Program-made: the position numbers and the translations under genes
Notes under the pieces: model-generated
What the model was told of the DNA's origin: nothing
Databases searched by the model: none
Seen by the model: only the letters and a program-made list of their open reading frames with translations
Part shown: one piece after another, positions 40,990 through 51,916 of the stretch
How positions within the stretch are numbered: the stretch's first letter is position 1
How the letters are laid out: the number at the start of each line of letters is the position of its first letter
NCBI GenBank assembly: GCA_963771175.1
Contig: CAVYSY010000027.1
Coordinates: forward strand, 32,001-96,000
Source: an uncultured delta proteobacterium
GTDB taxonomy: Bacteria; Myxococcota; Myxococcia; Myxococcales; Myxococcaceae
Length of the DNA: 64,000 nucleotides
Direction: 5' to 3'

Positions 40990-41292
40990 ACCCGTTCCTC
41001 CTCGCGCCGGGGTCTCTCCCGCGGAGGACGCGTTGCCGTCCCCGGAGCCCCGCAGCGTGCGCCAAGCCATGGCCAGCAGGACGATGGTGCCGCCCACCAG
41101 CGCCCAGGGGCTGGGACGCTCCCCGGCGAAAAGGAAGGTCCACACGCGGTTGAGCACCGGCTTCGAGCAGGATGAGCAGCGAGGCCTCCACTGCGGGCGT
41201 CTCGCGCAGATCGCGCAGCAAGTCCCGTCAGAAGCGACGAACAGCGCCAGGGAGCCCACACCGCCCGAGCCAGCCACGAATCCCGAGTCCAC
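40990..41292 (-). pseudogene. Remnant of an EamA/DMT family transporter (C-terminal part)
   Basis: AVEASLLILLE / PVLNRVWTFLFAGERPSPWALVGGTIVL split across frames; N-terminal half missing. Confidence 0.65.
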
Positions 41293-41406
41293 CCCTCCCG
41301 GCCGCGCTCTTCACCAACTTGTACACCAGGTGGACAAGTTGCTGACGAACGCGCCCGGCAGCCCCCTTGTCTCGCGAGACCCACCGACCTCCCGGCCGCG
41401 CTTTTC

Positions 41407-41435
41407 AAAAACCTGTCCGACAGTCGGACAGGTTT
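41407..41435. repeat. Second copy of the REP-like palindrome
   Basis: aaaaacctgtccgacagtcggacaggttt, identical to 24001-24029. Confidence 0.9.
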
Positions 41436-41498
41436 CTCGAAACCGCGCCCGGCGGGTGCCCTGTCTGCGAGCTGTGTGGACCCCCACCCGGCTCGTCT

Positions 41499-42464
41499 TC
41501 AGAGAAACTGCCGCGACAACTCGTCGATGCGGCCCAGCTCGTCTTGCGAGAGGGTGAATCCCATCGAACCGACGTTCTCCTCGGCGTGGCGCCGCTTCGT
41601 CGCGCCCGGGATGACGACCACCGTGTCCCCGTGAAAGTGGGCCAACCAGTTGAGCGCGACCTGCGAGGCGGTGACGCCGTGGGCGGTGGCGATCTTCCGG
41701 AGCTCGTCGACGAGCGGGCGACTGCGCTCGAGCCCCTTGGCGCGGAAGGCCGGCAGGAACTTGCGTGGACCCGCGCGGCCGCGGATGAGCGACGGGTCAT
41801 CGTGGAACTTCCCCGAGAGCAGGCCCTGGGCCAGCGGGGAGTACGCGATGATCGTGATGCCGAGTTCCTTGGCGGCGGCCATGACCCCGCTCGACTCGAT
41901 GCGACGGTCGAGGAGGCTGTAGGGCATCTGATTGGAGACGAGCGGGATGCCCCGACGCGCGAGCGCGGCGTGGGCCGCGCGCATCCGCTTCGCGGAGAAG
42001 TTGCTGACTCCCACCGTCCGGATCTTCCCCGCCTGGACCAGGTCCGCCATCGCATTGGCCTGGGCCTCGACCGTGGCGAGCGCGAAGGGCTGGTGGATTT
42101 GATGCAGGTCGATGCCGAAGGGACTCAAGCACGCGAGCCGCTCGTCGATCGTCTTGCCGATGTTGGAAGCACCGCGTGGGAAAGGCCACCACTTCGTCGC
42201 GACGACGACGTCACCGGGCTTCTTCCCCAGACGCGTGAGGGCGGCGGCGAGCGCCCGCTCCGAGCGGCCCTTCCCGTAGGCCTCGGCGGTGTCGAACCAG
42301 TTGATGCCACCGAGCAACGACGCCTCGACGATCTCCTGGACCGTCTGGGCGGGCAGCGCCTCCCAGAAGCCTCCCGCGAGGCCGAAGCCCTCGGAGAACT
42401 GCCAGCACCCCAGTCCAACGGCGGAAATCTCTATCTCCGAGCGCCCCAGTCTTCGCAGTTTCAC
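41499..42464 (-). CDS. Aldo/keto reductase
   Basis: GLGCWQF, FDTAEAYG, ATK, IDLHQIH, VGVSNF, AYSPLAQGLL, IPGA. Confidence 0.93.
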   Translation of the reverse strand: MKLRRLGRSEIEISAVGLGCWQFSEGFGLAGGFWEALPAQTVQEIVEASLLGGINWFDTAEAYGKGRSERALAAALTRLGKKPGDVVVATKWWPFPRGASNIGKTIDERLACLSPFGIDLHQIHQPFALATVEAQANAMADLVQAGKIRTVGVSNFSAKRMRAAHAALARRGIPLVSNQMPYSLLDRRIESSGVMAAAKELGITIIAYSPLAQGLLSGKFHDDPSLIRGRAGPRKFLPAFRAKGLERSRPLVDELRKIATAHGVTASQVALNWLAHFHGDTVVVIPGATKRRHAEENVGSMGFTLSQDELGRIDELSRQFL

Positions 42465-42604
42465 CGACGCATCCCTCCTGGTGCGGGGACTCTCCCGTGC
42501 CCTTCTTCGGAGGGCAACCTTCGCGCCCCGGACCTGTACGCGCCCCCGCCCCACATGCCAGACTCGCCATGCCTGGGGGCCGGCAGGTTTTCGAGACACA
42601 CGAC

Positions 42605-43594
42605 ATGACCACGACCCGCCGGAAGCTCCGCCGTACCCTCGCCCGACTGCTGCTCCTCGCTCCCGCCCTGCCGCTGGCCGGCTGCGGCCCGGTGTCCTCC
42701 TGCGACCCCGCGGGTGGCGGCTCCGGCGGTCAGACCGACCAGCGAGCCTCGGTCCCCGAGCGCTTCCAGTTCCCCGATGGCCGCACCGTTACCGCGGACA
42801 CCACCTGCGAGCAGCTGTGCAACGCGCTCACCTCCCACTCCCCGGGCGAGCCGTGCAGCGTCTCGGCGAGGGACTCCGCCAACGTTCCCACCGAGGTGAC
42901 GTGCCGCGTGCTGTTCCTCTGCGAGGGCCGCCGCCCCGAGGGACTGCTGAGTGACGGCACCGTGGAGGGCCGCCTGTCCACGCTCGGCGCCTTCTTCGCC
43001 CGCGTGTTCCACCTGGAGGCCGCCTCCGTCCCCGCCTTCGAGCGGCTCGCCGAGGAACTGGAGGCACATGGGGCTCCCGAGCGGCTGGTGCGCGCCGCCC
43101 GGATCGCGGCCGAGGACGAGGTACGGCATGCACGGGCCATGGAGCTGCTGGCCCGGCGCCACGGAGCGCCCCTCCCGGAGGTGCGGGTGGAGCCCTTCCG
43201 CCCGCGCTCGCTGGAGGCGCTCGCGCTGGAGAACGCCATCGAGGGGTGTGTCCGCGAGACCTACGGCGCCATGCTGTCCGGGTGGCAGGCCCGCACCGCC
43301 GGGGACGCCGAGGTCCGCCACGTCATGGGCCCCATCGCCGAGGAGGAGCTGCGGCATGCCGAGCTGTCCTGGGCGCTCGATGCCTGGGCCGCGCGTCGGC
43401 TGGACGCGGAGGCTCGGGCCCGGATTCGGGAGGCCCGGCGCGAGGCCCTGCGCACCCTGGAGCGCGAGGTGGAGGAGCAGGTGACACCGGAGGAGCTCAT
43501 CCAGGTGGCGGGACTGCCCTCTCGCGAAGCCGCGCGCCAGCTCCTGCGCGGGCTGGCGGAGCTGGTGCTCGACGCCGAGCCCGCCCAGGCCTGA
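42605..43594 (+). CDS. Lipoprotein with Cys-rich N-terminus and ferritin-like domain
   Basis: PLAGC lipobox; GRRPEGL, LEAASVPAF, DEVRHA, EGCVRET, EELRHA. Confidence 0.8.
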   Translation: MTTTRRKLRRTLARLLLLAPALPLAGCGPVSSCDPAGGGSGGQTDQRASVPERFQFPDGRTVTADTTCEQLCNALTSHSPGEPCSVSARDSANVPTEVTCRVLFLCEGRRPEGLLSDGTVEGRLSTLGAFFARVFHLEAASVPAFERLAEELEAHGAPERLVRAARIAAEDEVRHARAMELLARRHGAPLPEVRVEPFRPRSLEALALENAIEGCVRETYGAMLSGWQARTAGDAEVRHVMGPIAEEELRHAELSWALDAWAARRLDAEARARIREARREALRTLEREVEEQVTPEELIQVAGLPSREAARQLLRGLAELVLDAEPAQA

Positions 43595-43669
43595 GCAGCG
43601 GGAATTACACGGGCCTCGGAGCGCACGGGGCGCGGGGCTCGCACCCCGCCGCTTCGAGGCCTCCCGCGC

Positions 43670-45217
43670 CTACGGCACGGTGAAGGCGTAGAGCTTGTTG
43701 TTCGGGGTGCCCACGCCGAAGTTGGAGTAACCCGAGCCCCAGTACACCGTCCCGTTCGCCACGGCCGCGCCCGCGTTGCACGAGCCGCCGCTGACGAAGG
43801 TCCACAGGACGGCGCCGGTCCGAGCGTCGAGCGCGTACATGTGGCCCAGGGGGTCGATGGAGCAGCCGAACACGACGCCATTGGCCGTCGACACCGGGGC
43901 GAAGTCGTGCGAGCCCACCGGGTCCGGCGTCTGCCAGAGCTTCTGTCCGGTCGCGGCGTCCAGGGCCGCGAAGCTGCCCCAGGAGCTCGTCCCACCACCG
44001 GGGAGCGGATAGGGGATGCGGTCCAGGTTGGTGGTGGCCGTGTAGATGCGCCCGTCCGCCATGGCCGAGCCCCACATCATGCCGCCGCCCACCGAGCCGG
44101 GCGCCACCTGGGTGCTCCACACGGTGGCCCCGGTGTCCGGGTCGAGCGCCCAGTAGATGCCACTCTTCTGACCCGCGCCCACCAGCTCGCGCTGGTGGCC
44201 ATCCGGGCCTCGCGTGCGGAAGAGGATGGGGCCCTGGCCGATGTCATAATCCGGGCCGCCGGGAGGGGGGCATTCCGCGGGGTTGATGAGGCAGGTCACG
44301 ACGAAGACGTCATACGTATGGAGCTGGCGGCCCCACTTGATGGCCCCCGTCCGAAGGTCGAGCGCGAGCACGGAATCGAAGTAGTTGTCCGGCGCGAGGC
44401 ACGCCGCCGCGGAGGCTCCATCCGGGGCGTTCACCAGGCACGCGCGCACGTCGTCGGGCACGTCGTAGTTGTTGCCGGTGGGCACGTAGAGGGACTGGCG
44501 CTTCATGTCGAGCACGAGCGTGCTGCCCCAGACCGCCCCGCCGGCGTACCCCTCCGGCACCGAGTAGGTCTTCCACACCACCGCGCCAGTGCCCTTGTCC
44601 ATCGCGACCACGCTCCCGCGGAACGTGCAGCAGGGATAGGAGGGGTCCGTGACGACGTTCGACTCGTACGAGGAGATGCCCACGTAGACCCGGTCGCCGT
44701 GGACGATGGGCGATTGGGTGATGACGGCCAGCGGGTGCGACTCGGGATGGGTCTTCCAGAGCAGGTCACCGTTGCGCGCGTCCACGGCCAGGAAGTCACC
44801 GTTCAGCGTGCCCAGGAAGAGCGAGTTGCCGTGAATGGCCGGGGTGTTGCGCGAGCGGCTGCCGGGCACGCCCGTGTACTCGGCAATCTGTCGGGACCAG
44901 ATGCGGGCACCCGTGGCGGCATCCACCTTGTGCAGCCAGCCGGCCCAATCGGGGAAGTACACCGCGCGCTCATCCACCGCCGGGGTGGCGGAGACGTCTC
45001 CCTGGGCCGTGAAGACCCATTTCACATACAGGTGGGGAGCGGTCTCGGGGCTGATGCGCCGCTCGTGCTCGGCGCTGCGCGTGTTGTGCAGATTGGCGCC
45101 GGCATACGGCCAGCGCCCCGGGCCTCCCGCCTGCGCGAGCGCGAGGACGGGCACGAGCGTCACGGCCAGGACCGCGATACCGAGGGCGGTTCGTTCGTCG
45201 GGTTTCGTGGGGAACAT
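43670..45217 (-). CDS. PQQ-binding beta-propeller protein (polyvinyl alcohol dehydrogenase-like)
   Basis: Signal peptide; repeated A.D..TG...W motifs; CCTFRGS; GQKSG. Confidence 0.85.
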   Translation of the reverse strand: MFPTKPDERTALGIAVLAVTLVPVLALAQAGGPGRWPYAGANLHNTRSAEHERRISPETAPHLYVKWVFTAQGDVSATPAVDERAVYFPDWAGWLHKVDAATGARIWSRQIAEYTGVPGSRSRNTPAIHGNSLFLGTLNGDFLAVDARNGDLLWKTHPESHPLAVITQSPIVHGDRVYVGISSYESNVVTDPSYPCCTFRGSVVAMDKGTGAVVWKTYSVPEGYAGGAVWGSTLVLDMKRQSLYVPTGNNYDVPDDVRACLVNAPDGASAAACLAPDNYFDSVLALDLRTGAIKWGRQLHTYDVFVVTCLINPAECPPPGGPDYDIGQGPILFRTRGPDGHQRELVGAGQKSGIYWALDPDTGATVWSTQVAPGSVGGGMMWGSAMADGRIYTATTNLDRIPYPLPGGGTSSWGSFAALDAATGQKLWQTPDPVGSHDFAPVSTANGVVFGCSIDPLGHMYALDARTGAVLWTFVSGGSCNAGAAVANGTVYWGSGYSNFGVGTPNNKLYAFTVP

Positions 45218-45421
45218 GTCTTGTCCTTCGAGGAGGGGCCAGCCGAGCCCTTTCTACCCCGGCTGCTCACCCCTCCGCTCCTCCACCCCCTCCCCTCGGG
45301 GGGCGCACCTCGTGCGCGAGCCCCCGCGCACAGCGCGTCACAGTCGCATCACTCCGCGGACGAATCCGGGGAAGACCCGCGTTAGAGTCCGCCGCTCCGT
45401 ACACCCGCAGAAGGAGTCGTC

Positions 45422-47468
45422 TTGAGAAACGCCGCGCTCTCGCTCGCTGCCGCGCTCACCATGGCCGGCTGCTCCCACTCCACCATGCCGAAAACCGAGC
45501 CCTCCTCCGTCCAGGCCGAAGCCCGCAAGTCCCTGCCTCCTCCCGAGGGCTCCAAGGCCCTCTCCGGCTCGCTCGAGGCCTTCAACGCCGCCTGCACCGC
45601 CGACCTGGAGCGGGCCCGCGCCCAGGTGGCCGCCCTCAAGTCCATGAAGCCCGCCGCCGACGGCCGGGCCGTCCTCGAGGCCTATGACGAGGCCACGGCC
45701 GCCCTCGGCGCCTCCTTCAGCCGCTCCAGCCTCGCCCGCGAGGTCCACCCCGATGCCGCCTTCCGCGACGCCGCCCGCGCGTGCGAGCAGAAGGCCGACG
45801 CCCTCAACGTCGACATCTCCCAGGACCGCGGCGTCTATGACGCCCTCTCCGCCGTGGACCTCTCCCAGTCCGACGCCGCCACGCGCTACTGGATGGAGCG
45901 CACCCTGCTCAACTTCCGCCGCGCCGGCGTGGACCGCGACGACACCACGCGCGCGAAGGTGAAGTCCCTCAACGAGGAGCTCCTCAAGCTCGGCCAGAGC
46001 TTCAACCAGAACATCGCCGAGGACGTGCGCAAGGTGGAGCTGGACCCGAAGGAGCTCGCCGGCCTGCCCGAGGACTTCATCAAGGCCCACGCGCCGGGCG
46101 CCAACGGGAAGGTGGTCCTCACCTCCAACTACCCCGACTACTTCCCCTTCATGACGTACGCGCGCGACGGCAAGGCGCGCGAGAAGGTGTGGCGCGCCTA
46201 CCGCCAGCGGGCGTACCCGAAGAACGTGGAGGTGCTCAATCAGCTCATCGCGAAGCGCCACGAGCTGGCCACGCTGCTGGGCTACCCCACCTGGGCCGCG
46301 TACGTCACCGAGACGAAGATGACGCGCACCCAGCAGACGGCCTCCGACTTCATCGACAAGGTGGCCGCCACCGCCGAGAAGCGCGCGAAGCAGGAGTACG
46401 CGGAGCTGCTCGCCCGCAAGCAGAAGGACGAGCCCAAGGCCACCGTGCTGGAGCCGTGGGACCAGGACTACTACGCGGACCGCGTCCAGGCCGAGCAGCT
46501 CGGCTTCGACTCGCAGGCCCTGCGCCCCTACTTCGAGTACGGGCGCGTGAAGAAGGGCGTGATGGACATCACCTCGCGCATGTGGGGCATCACCTTCGTG
46601 CCGGTGAAGGACGCCTCGGTGTGGCACTCGGACGTGGAGACCTACGACATCACCGAGAACGGCACGCCGCTGGGCCGCATCTACCTGGACATGCACCCGC
46701 GTGAGGACAAGTACAAGCACGCGGCCCAGTTCGACGTCGTGGCGGGCCAGGCCGGCAAGCGCTACCCGGAGGGCGCGCTGGTGTGCAACTTCCCGCGCCC
46801 CGGCGAGCTGATGACGCAGGACGAGGTGGAGACCTTCTTCCACGAGTTCGGCCACCTGCTGCACCACGTCTTCGCGGGCCGCCAGCAGTGGACGGGCATC
46901 ACCGGCATCTCCACCGAGTGGGACTTCGTGGAGACGCCCTCGATGCTGCTGCAGCAGTGGGCCTCCAACCCCACCGTCCTCCAGGAGTTCGCCCGCCACC
47001 ACCAGACGGGCGAGACGATTCCCACCGCGACTGGTGGAGAAGCTCCGGGCCTCGAAGGAGTTCGGCAAGGGCCTGTGGACGCGCCGGCAGATGTTCCTGG
47101 CCGCCGTGTCGCTGGACTACTACTCGCGCGCGCCGGGCTTCGACACCACCGACGCGATGAAGAAGCAGCAGGAGAAGTACAGCCCGTTCCGCCACGAGTA
47201 CCGGGACGGCACGCACTTCCAGCTCGCCTTCGGGCACCTGGAGGGGTACTCGGCCGCCTACTACACGTACGTGTGGTCGCTCGTCATCGCCAAGGACCTG
47301 GAGACCGAGTTCCAGAAGCACGGCTACCTGGACCCGGCCACCACCATGAAGTACCGCAAGAGGGTGCTCGAGCCCGGTGGCTCCAAGCCCGCCGCCGAGC
47401 TGGTGAAGGACTTCCTCGGCCGGCCCTATGGCTTCGAGGCCTACCGCGAGTACCTCGACGCGAAGTAG
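45422..47468 (+). CDS. M3 family (thimet oligopeptidase-like) metallopeptidase lipoprotein; frameshift near 47030
   Basis: MAGC lipobox, YLDMHPR.DKY.HAA, FHEFGHLLH, DFVETPS, FGHL.GYSAAYYTY.WS. Confidence 0.92.
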
Positions 47469-47553
47469 GCCTCCGGACGGGCAGCCATCCTGACGCGCCC
47501 CTGGGAACGAGGGGGTGCGTCAGGACGGGCCTTCCAGTATGAAGCGGCCCGCA

Positions 47554-48141
47554 ATGGAAACCGCTGAGACGTTGCAGCTCCGCATCCGAGCAGCCACCGA
47601 CAAGGACATGCTGCTCGGCATCTTCTTCGATGCCTCGATGAGCACCCTCGAACGGCTGCTGGGCGCACCGGAAGTCGAGTCCGTGCGCGCGGAGGTGTTC
47701 GGCAAGCGCCGCCTGGTGAGCTTCTTCCGCTACCCGGTGGCCGACATCCTCCAGCTCGTCGAGCAGGGCGTGAAGCGGAGCAAGCCGGGCTCACGGAGCT
47801 ACCACCAAGTCGCCATGGAGCTCGGCCGCTCGGCGGCGGGGACCTTCGTCGACTCGCAATCCGGCAAGATGATGTCCTTCCTCGCGGGCGACAACCCCCA
47901 CCGACTCCTGGCGAGCGCGCCCGCGGCCTACAAGGCCGTGACCACCTTTGGAGAGCGCTCCTACGAGCGGGTGGGCGAGAAGGCCGCCCGGATGCACTTC
48001 CGAGCGGACCTGCTGGGCCCGAGCTGGCAGCAGGGCGTGGTGGAGCAGGCCCTCGGCTCCATGTCCCAGATGAAGCCCCGCGTGCGAGTGGAAATGAAGA
48101 ACGCCTCCGGTACAGACTTCACCGCCCACGTGGAGTGGTGA
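47554..48141 (+). CDS. DUF2378 (Myxococcales-type) family protein
   Basis: GIFF, FFRYPVAD, F..S..GK, P.RLL..P.AY..FGERS, terminal W. Confidence 0.75.
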   Translation: METAETLQLRIRAATDKDMLLGIFFDASMSTLERLLGAPEVESVRAEVFGKRRLVSFFRYPVADILQLVEQGVKRSKPGSRSYHQVAMELGRSAAGTFVDSQSGKMMSFLAGDNPHRLLASAPAAYKAVTTFGERSYERVGEKAARMHFRADLLGPSWQQGVVEQALGSMSQMKPRVRVEMKNASGTDFTAHVEW

Positions 48142-48165
48142 GGGCGGTCTCAACGGAGAGTCCTC

Positions 48166-48822
48166 TTGGAAGCAGTCAGCACCCCGCGCATCAAGATTTG
48201 CTGCATCGCCAGTGTCGAGGAGGCCCGGGCCGCCATCCGCGCCGGAGCCTCGGCGCTGGGACTCGTCTCCTCGATGCCCAGTGGGCCCGGTGTCATTCCG
48301 GAGTCGCTCATCGCGGAGATCGCCGCCGCCGTGCCGCCGCCCATCGCCACCTTCCTGCTCACGAGCAGCCAGGACGCCGGAGCCATCATCGCGCAGCAGC
48401 GGCGCTGCCGGACCAACACGGTGCAGCTCTGCGACCGGCTCACCTCGGGAAACTACGCGGACCTGCGCGGGGCCATGCCGGGCGTGTCGCTCGTGCAGGT
48501 CATCCACGTCACCGGCGAGGAGTCCCTGCAGGAGGCGCTCTCCGTGGCGCCGCACGTGGATGCCCTGCTGCTCGACTCGGGCAACCAGTCCCTGATGGTG
48601 AAGGAACTGGGTGGCACCGGACGCGTCCACGACTGGAGCGTCAGCCGGCGCATCCGCGAGCAGGTGCGCATCCCCATCTTCCTCGCCGGAGGACTGCGCC
48701 CGGAGAACGTGCGCGAGGCCATCCAGCAGGTGGGGCCTTTCGGGCTCGACCTGTGCAGCGGCGTGCGGACGGCGGGCAGGCTGGACGAGGAGAAGCTCGG
48801 GCGGTTCTTCGCGCGAATCTGA
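48166..48822 (+). CDS. trpF: Phosphoribosylanthranilate isomerase
   Basis: RIKICCI, VQL, LLLDSG, LGGTGRVHDW, LAGGLRPENV, LDLCSGV. Confidence 0.88.
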   Translation: MEAVSTPRIKICCIASVEEARAAIRAGASALGLVSSMPSGPGVIPESLIAEIAAAVPPPIATFLLTSSQDAGAIIAQQRRCRTNTVQLCDRLTSGNYADLRGAMPGVSLVQVIHVTGEESLQEALSVAPHVDALLLDSGNQSLMVKELGGTGRVHDWSVSRRIREQVRIPIFLAGGLRPENVREAIQQVGPFGLDLCSGVRTAGRLDEEKLGRFFARI

Positions 48823-48841
48823 GCCCCCGGCTCCACGGGTC

Positions 48842-51265
48842 TCACCCGGTCTCGTCCCGAGCGGGCTCACTCAGCGGATCCGACAGGACGGTGAGGATCG
48901 GCCGTGCCTCATCCAGCAACGGAGCGAAGAGGGTGAGCTGTTCGGGAGCCGCGAACACCGCGGCGAAATCCTCGGGAGTCAGCGCGCGCACCAGCCGGGC
49001 CGCGAACGTCTCGCGCAGCAGTCGGACATAGAACTCGACGTCGTAGTCCTCGCGCGAAACGCTCGGGGCGCCGCCCGTGTCGTCGGCATCCGGGTCGGCC
49101 AGCAGTCCCGCTCGCCCTCCCACCGCTCGGTAGACCCGGACGTGCTCGCCCGGAGTCCAGTGGGTCCGCCCACTCGCCAGCACGGCCTCGTAGGACAGCT
49201 CGCGCCGGCTCTCGCGCGTGGCGAGGTACTCCCGCGGGCTCTTCGTCAGCCGGACACGTGCCGCCACCTCGATGGCCGGGACAGCCCGCCGCCGCAGCGC
49301 GGTCACCGTCTCCACATAGACATTCCGCACGCCCGGAAGGTCACCCGCGAGCAGACAGCTCAGCGCCCGACGCAGGAAGTTCTCGCCGAAGGGCTCCGCC
49401 CGACTGGACCGGAACGCCACACCGCGCAGCACGAGGGGACCCTCGTAGGGCTGCAGCGCATAGTTCTTCGGCTCGTGCGAGAGCATCGCGGCGTAGCGTC
49501 CGTCGAACTCGAGCCGGACACGGGGTGGCAGCAGGGCCGCGACCTCGGAGACCACCCGGCGCTCGTCGGCCTCGCGCCAGTCGTCCGGCACGGCGAAGTA
49601 CACGCCATCCGTGTCGGCCTCCAGCAACGTGACGCCCCGTCGTGCCAGCTCGCGGCAGAGCAGCCCCAGCACCTCGCGCCCGCGCCGCGTCACCTCGTTG
49701 GCGGCGTGCACATCCGAGAAGCGCGTGAGCCCGACCGCGCCGAGGTAGCCGTAGGCCGAGTTGACGACGATCTTCATCGCCGCCGAGAGCGCCTCGTCCG
49801 TGTGACGCTCCGGTGAGCCGGGCGCCGCGGCACGCGCCCGCGCCTTGGCCGCCAGCCGCTGCTCCACGAGCCGGTCGACCAGGGCGAGCAGCACGCCGAG
49901 CCGATCCCTCCGCGGTCCGATCCGATACTCGCGCATCAGCGACGGGTACAGGCTGGCGACGTCGGCCTTCACGATGTTCCGTGCCACGCCCGTGGCGAAC
50001 AGGTGGAGCGCCGCACCACTGTGGGGCGTGCCATCCCCTGCTTCGTGTGAGGGCAGCGCGGCTCCCTCGCGGAGGTAGGCGCGCACGAGGAGCGGGTCGA
50101 GCACTCCGGTGGCGGGCCCCGCGTCCGCGAGGCGCTCGTAGCGACGCGGAGCCATGCGGGCGAGCGCGAAGGCCGCCCCGCCGAGCAGGCGCGCGAGACC
50201 GGCGGCCTCCGTCACGTCGTCGCGGGCGTAGCGCCGCACGCGCTCGGGGTCGTGGCGGAAGACCTCGTGCACCCGGGCTCCCGGAATGTGCTCCCGCGCC
50301 GGCCCCGCGAGGCCGAGGTGCCGCGCGACGGCCTTGAGCCCGTGGCCCGGCAGGTCTCGGGCCGCGAAGTCGTGCCGCATCACGGCGTCCAGCGTGTCGA
50401 TCAACTCGCGGCCGGGCAGCGTGTACCGCGAGCGGCGCATCGGGTCGGCGGCGCGGTCTGTCGAGCCACGTCCCAATGCGGACCCCCGGGCGGCGGGGCG
50501 CAGTCGCAGGCCCGGATTGCCAGCACGTCCCAGCGCGAGCGGTACGCCGAGCAACCGCGCGCGGCGGGCGAGGAACGGCAGGTCGAAGCCGTGCAGGTTG
50601 TGGTTCTCGATGACGTCGGGGTCCAAGGCGCGGACGCGCGCGACCAACCGGTGGAGAAGCTCGGCCTCGGCGGCGGCGTCGTCGCCGGAGACCTCGAGGA
50701 CCTCGGTCCCGCCATCGGGAGCGCGCAGTGCCACGAGGAAGATCCGATCCCGATCGGGCTCCAGCCCGGTGGTCTCGAGATCGAACTGCATGCGGTGCAG
50801 GTCGTCGAAACCAAGCCCGCGAAAATACGTGCGCCCCGATGCGATGAGGTACTGCTCCTCTGGTGGCAGCGCGAGCACGGTGTCAGCCCCCAGCTCACGC
50901 AGATTCCTGAACGAGCGACCCAGGCGCCGCGCGGCACCCTGGAGCACGGCCGCGGCCAGCGCGCGCCCATCGTCCGCACGGACCACGTAACGAAGCGCGC
51001 CGGGCCCCTGCAGTTCCTCGTAGCTCACCCGGTTCGGCGCGGACCCCTCACGCTCGGGACGAAGCCTCGCGCCGAGGTGCGCCAGGTCATCCAGTGAAGC
51101 GAGGAGCAGCCATGGGCGGAAGCGCACGTCTTCCCGCACGAGAGCGCCAGTCCCTGGGAGCCGCCGCCAGACGAAGGCACGGCCATCGGGCTCCGCCCAC
51201 ACCGAGACAATGCCCGGCGTGGGATCCCAGCCCCAGAGCCACTCGTCCTCCCTCGTGTCGGCCAT
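48842..51265 (-). CDS. Family B DNA polymerase with 3'-5' exonuclease domain
   Basis: FDLETTG, HNLHGFDLPFL, YARDD, DVASLYPS, KIVVNSAYGYLG, EADTDG, KNYA. Confidence 0.92.
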   Translation of the reverse strand: MADTREDEWLWGWDPTPGIVSVWAEPDGRAFVWRRLPGTGALVREDVRFRPWLLLASLDDLAHLGARLRPEREGSAPNRVSYEELQGPGALRYVVRADDGRALAAAVLQGAARRLGRSFRNLRELGADTVLALPPEEQYLIASGRTYFRGLGFDDLHRMQFDLETTGLEPDRDRIFLVALRAPDGGTEVLEVSGDDAAAEAELLHRLVARVRALDPDVIENHNLHGFDLPFLARRARLLGVPLALGRAGNPGLRLRPAARGSALGRGSTDRAADPMRRSRYTLPGRELIDTLDAVMRHDFAARDLPGHGLKAVARHLGLAGPAREHIPGARVHEVFRHDPERVRRYARDDVTEAAGLARLLGGAAFALARMAPRRYERLADAGPATGVLDPLLVRAYLREGAALPSHEAGDGTPHSGAALHLFATGVARNIVKADVASLYPSLMREYRIGPRRDRLGVLLALVDRLVEQRLAAKARARAAAPGSPERHTDEALSAAMKIVVNSAYGYLGAVGLTRFSDVHAANEVTRRGREVLGLLCRELARRGVTLLEADTDGVYFAVPDDWREADERRVVSEVAALLPPRVRLEFDGRYAAMLSHEPKNYALQPYEGPLVLRGVAFRSSRAEPFGENFLRRALSCLLAGDLPGVRNVYVETVTALRRRAVPAIEVAARVRLTKSPREYLATRESRRELSYEAVLASGRTHWTPGEHVRVYRAVGGRAGLLADPDADDTGGAPSVSREDYDVEFYVRLLRETFAARLVRALTPEDFAAVFAAPEQLTLFAPLLDEARPILTVLSDPLSEPARDETG

Positions 51266-51331
51266 CGCGTTTCCGTGGCACTCGAATACCACGGCCCCGC
51301 GCGGCGATGGGTCGGACCGGAGCCCGAGGCT

Positions 51332-51916
51332 TCACGCCGCGCCGCGACCGGAGGGCGTGGGGATGTTGGGACCACGAGGCCGAGGGGCTCCGGGACGCGA
51401 CCTCGCCCGCCACACCGCCGCCGAGTAGTCCACCACCGACGCGAGCGCCGTGAGCCCCACGGCGATGACCAACGGGCGCACCAGCCCCGGCGCCAACAGC
51501 ACCGCCAGCAGCGCCGCGAGTTGCAGCGTCGTCACCACCTTGCCCAGCATCCGCGCCTTGAACATCACCAGGCGGAACCGCGGCAGGAGGCGCGACACCA
51601 CGAAGCCCAGCCCCGTTGCCACGTCCCGCACCACCAGGACGCCGAACTCCAGGGGCGTCAGCCTCCCCTCCAGCACGAAGGAGAACAGCGCCACCATCAC
51701 GAAGCCCCGGTCCGCGATCGGGTCGATGAGCGCCCCCCAATACGTCTCCAGGTGCTTGTGACGCGCGATGTACCCGTCCAGGAAGTCCGTCAACCCCGCG
51801 GCCACCACCAGGCCCACCCGGACCCAGGGGTCCTCCAGCACGACGAAGAGGGCCGCGAGCGGCAGGCGGGACAGCGACAACGCATTGAGGAGCGTGAGGC
51901 TCGTGCGGCGGCGCAT
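51332..51916 (-). CDS. CDP-alcohol phosphatidyltransferase
   Basis: NALSLSR, TDFLDGYIAR..WGALIDPIADR. Confidence 0.9.
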   Translation of the reverse strand: MRRRTSLTLLNALSLSRLPLAALFVVLEDPWVRVGLVVAAGLTDFLDGYIARHKHLETYWGALIDPIADRGFVMVALFSFVLEGRLTPLEFGVLVVRDVATGLGFVVSRLLPRFRLVMFKARMLGKVVTTLQLAALLAVLLAPGLVRPLVIAVGLTALASVVDYSAAVWRARSRPGAPRPRGPNIPTPSGRGAA

